A stretch of DNA of 63,928 nucleotides, counting the filler, from Intoshia linei (taxonomy: Eukaryota; Animalia; Orthonectida): NCBI GenBank assembly GCA_001642005.1. It is 6 parts of 6 records of this genome, joined end to end, with 100 filler letters (N's around TTAATTAATTAA, not from the genome) between each part and the next. Parts side by side here need not be neighbours in the genome. Positions count along the whole stretch, not along the records: positions 59,576 to 63,928 come from LWCA01001945.1; 5 more parts are not named here. One strand, written 5' to 3'. This document shows positions 63,740 through 63,928 of this stretch, in pieces. Within the stretch, counting starts at the first letter, position 1. Every line of letters begins with the position of its first letter. The notes beneath the pieces are model-generated. The model made no database searches. It saw nothing but the letters and a program-made list of their open reading frames with translations, and was not told the origin of the DNA. The translations under genes and the position numbers were made by a program.

Positions 63740-63928
63740 AATTTTTTTTGAACCAAACTTAAAAACAGTTACAGACAATCTTAAAAACCCCTCTTGAAAG
63801 TTTGGTTCAAAAAAAATTTCCTAAAATTTCTTTTTAAATTTGATTCTAAAAAAACCACCCTTAAAATCCTGTTTAAAAAAAATCTTAAAAACCCCTCTTG
63901 AAAGTTTGGTTTAAAAAATATTTCCTAA
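63740..63928. repeat. Direct repeat of about 104-bp period running off the window end
   Basis: CTTAAAAACCCCTCTTGAAAGTTTGGTT at 63780 and 63884; inverted part TTTTTTTGAACCAAACTT at 63743. Confidence 0.75.

Overview
Very AT-rich, gene-dense animal genomic DNA, not prokaryotic. It is six contig pieces joined by five artificial 100-nt N/TTAATTAATTAA/N spacers. Genes are split by many tiny introns of about 35-45 nt, so the ORF track shows only fragments; I spliced them by hand. Genes: a complete Kirre/Neph1/SYG-1 IgSF adhesion gene, an R2R3-only Myb, a type II C-type lectin, a probable BTB-BACK pseudogene, bubblegum-type acyl-CoA synthetase, an LCAT/PLA2G15-family lipase (5' end lost in a gap), RPS23, a SUEL-lectin/CUB-like/sushi membrane protein, a tight SNAPC1 - RPA12 - Twinkle cluster, and RPC9/CRCP tail-to-tail with a PRA1-family gene. 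Intergenic and large intronic space is filled with DNA-transposon debris (hAT/Buster MITEs with 8-bp TSDs, Tc1 IR-DR, IS630-like, Merlin, piggyBac, mariner and pogo MITEs, a GG..CC/AAT-TSD element) and about 13 copies of a Helitron-like repeat. An orphan 28S rRNA fragment and a tRNA-like Pol III unit are also present. Tiny introns, extreme divergence and the annelid-type lectin suggest a reduced parasitic spiralian such as an orthonectid (inference). The most striking signals are a shifted 5' splice-site code (GTAATT, +5G almost absent, one GC-AG intron), convergent genes whose stop codons are 3 bp apart, and a remodelled Myb with an E2F/CHR-type promoter.
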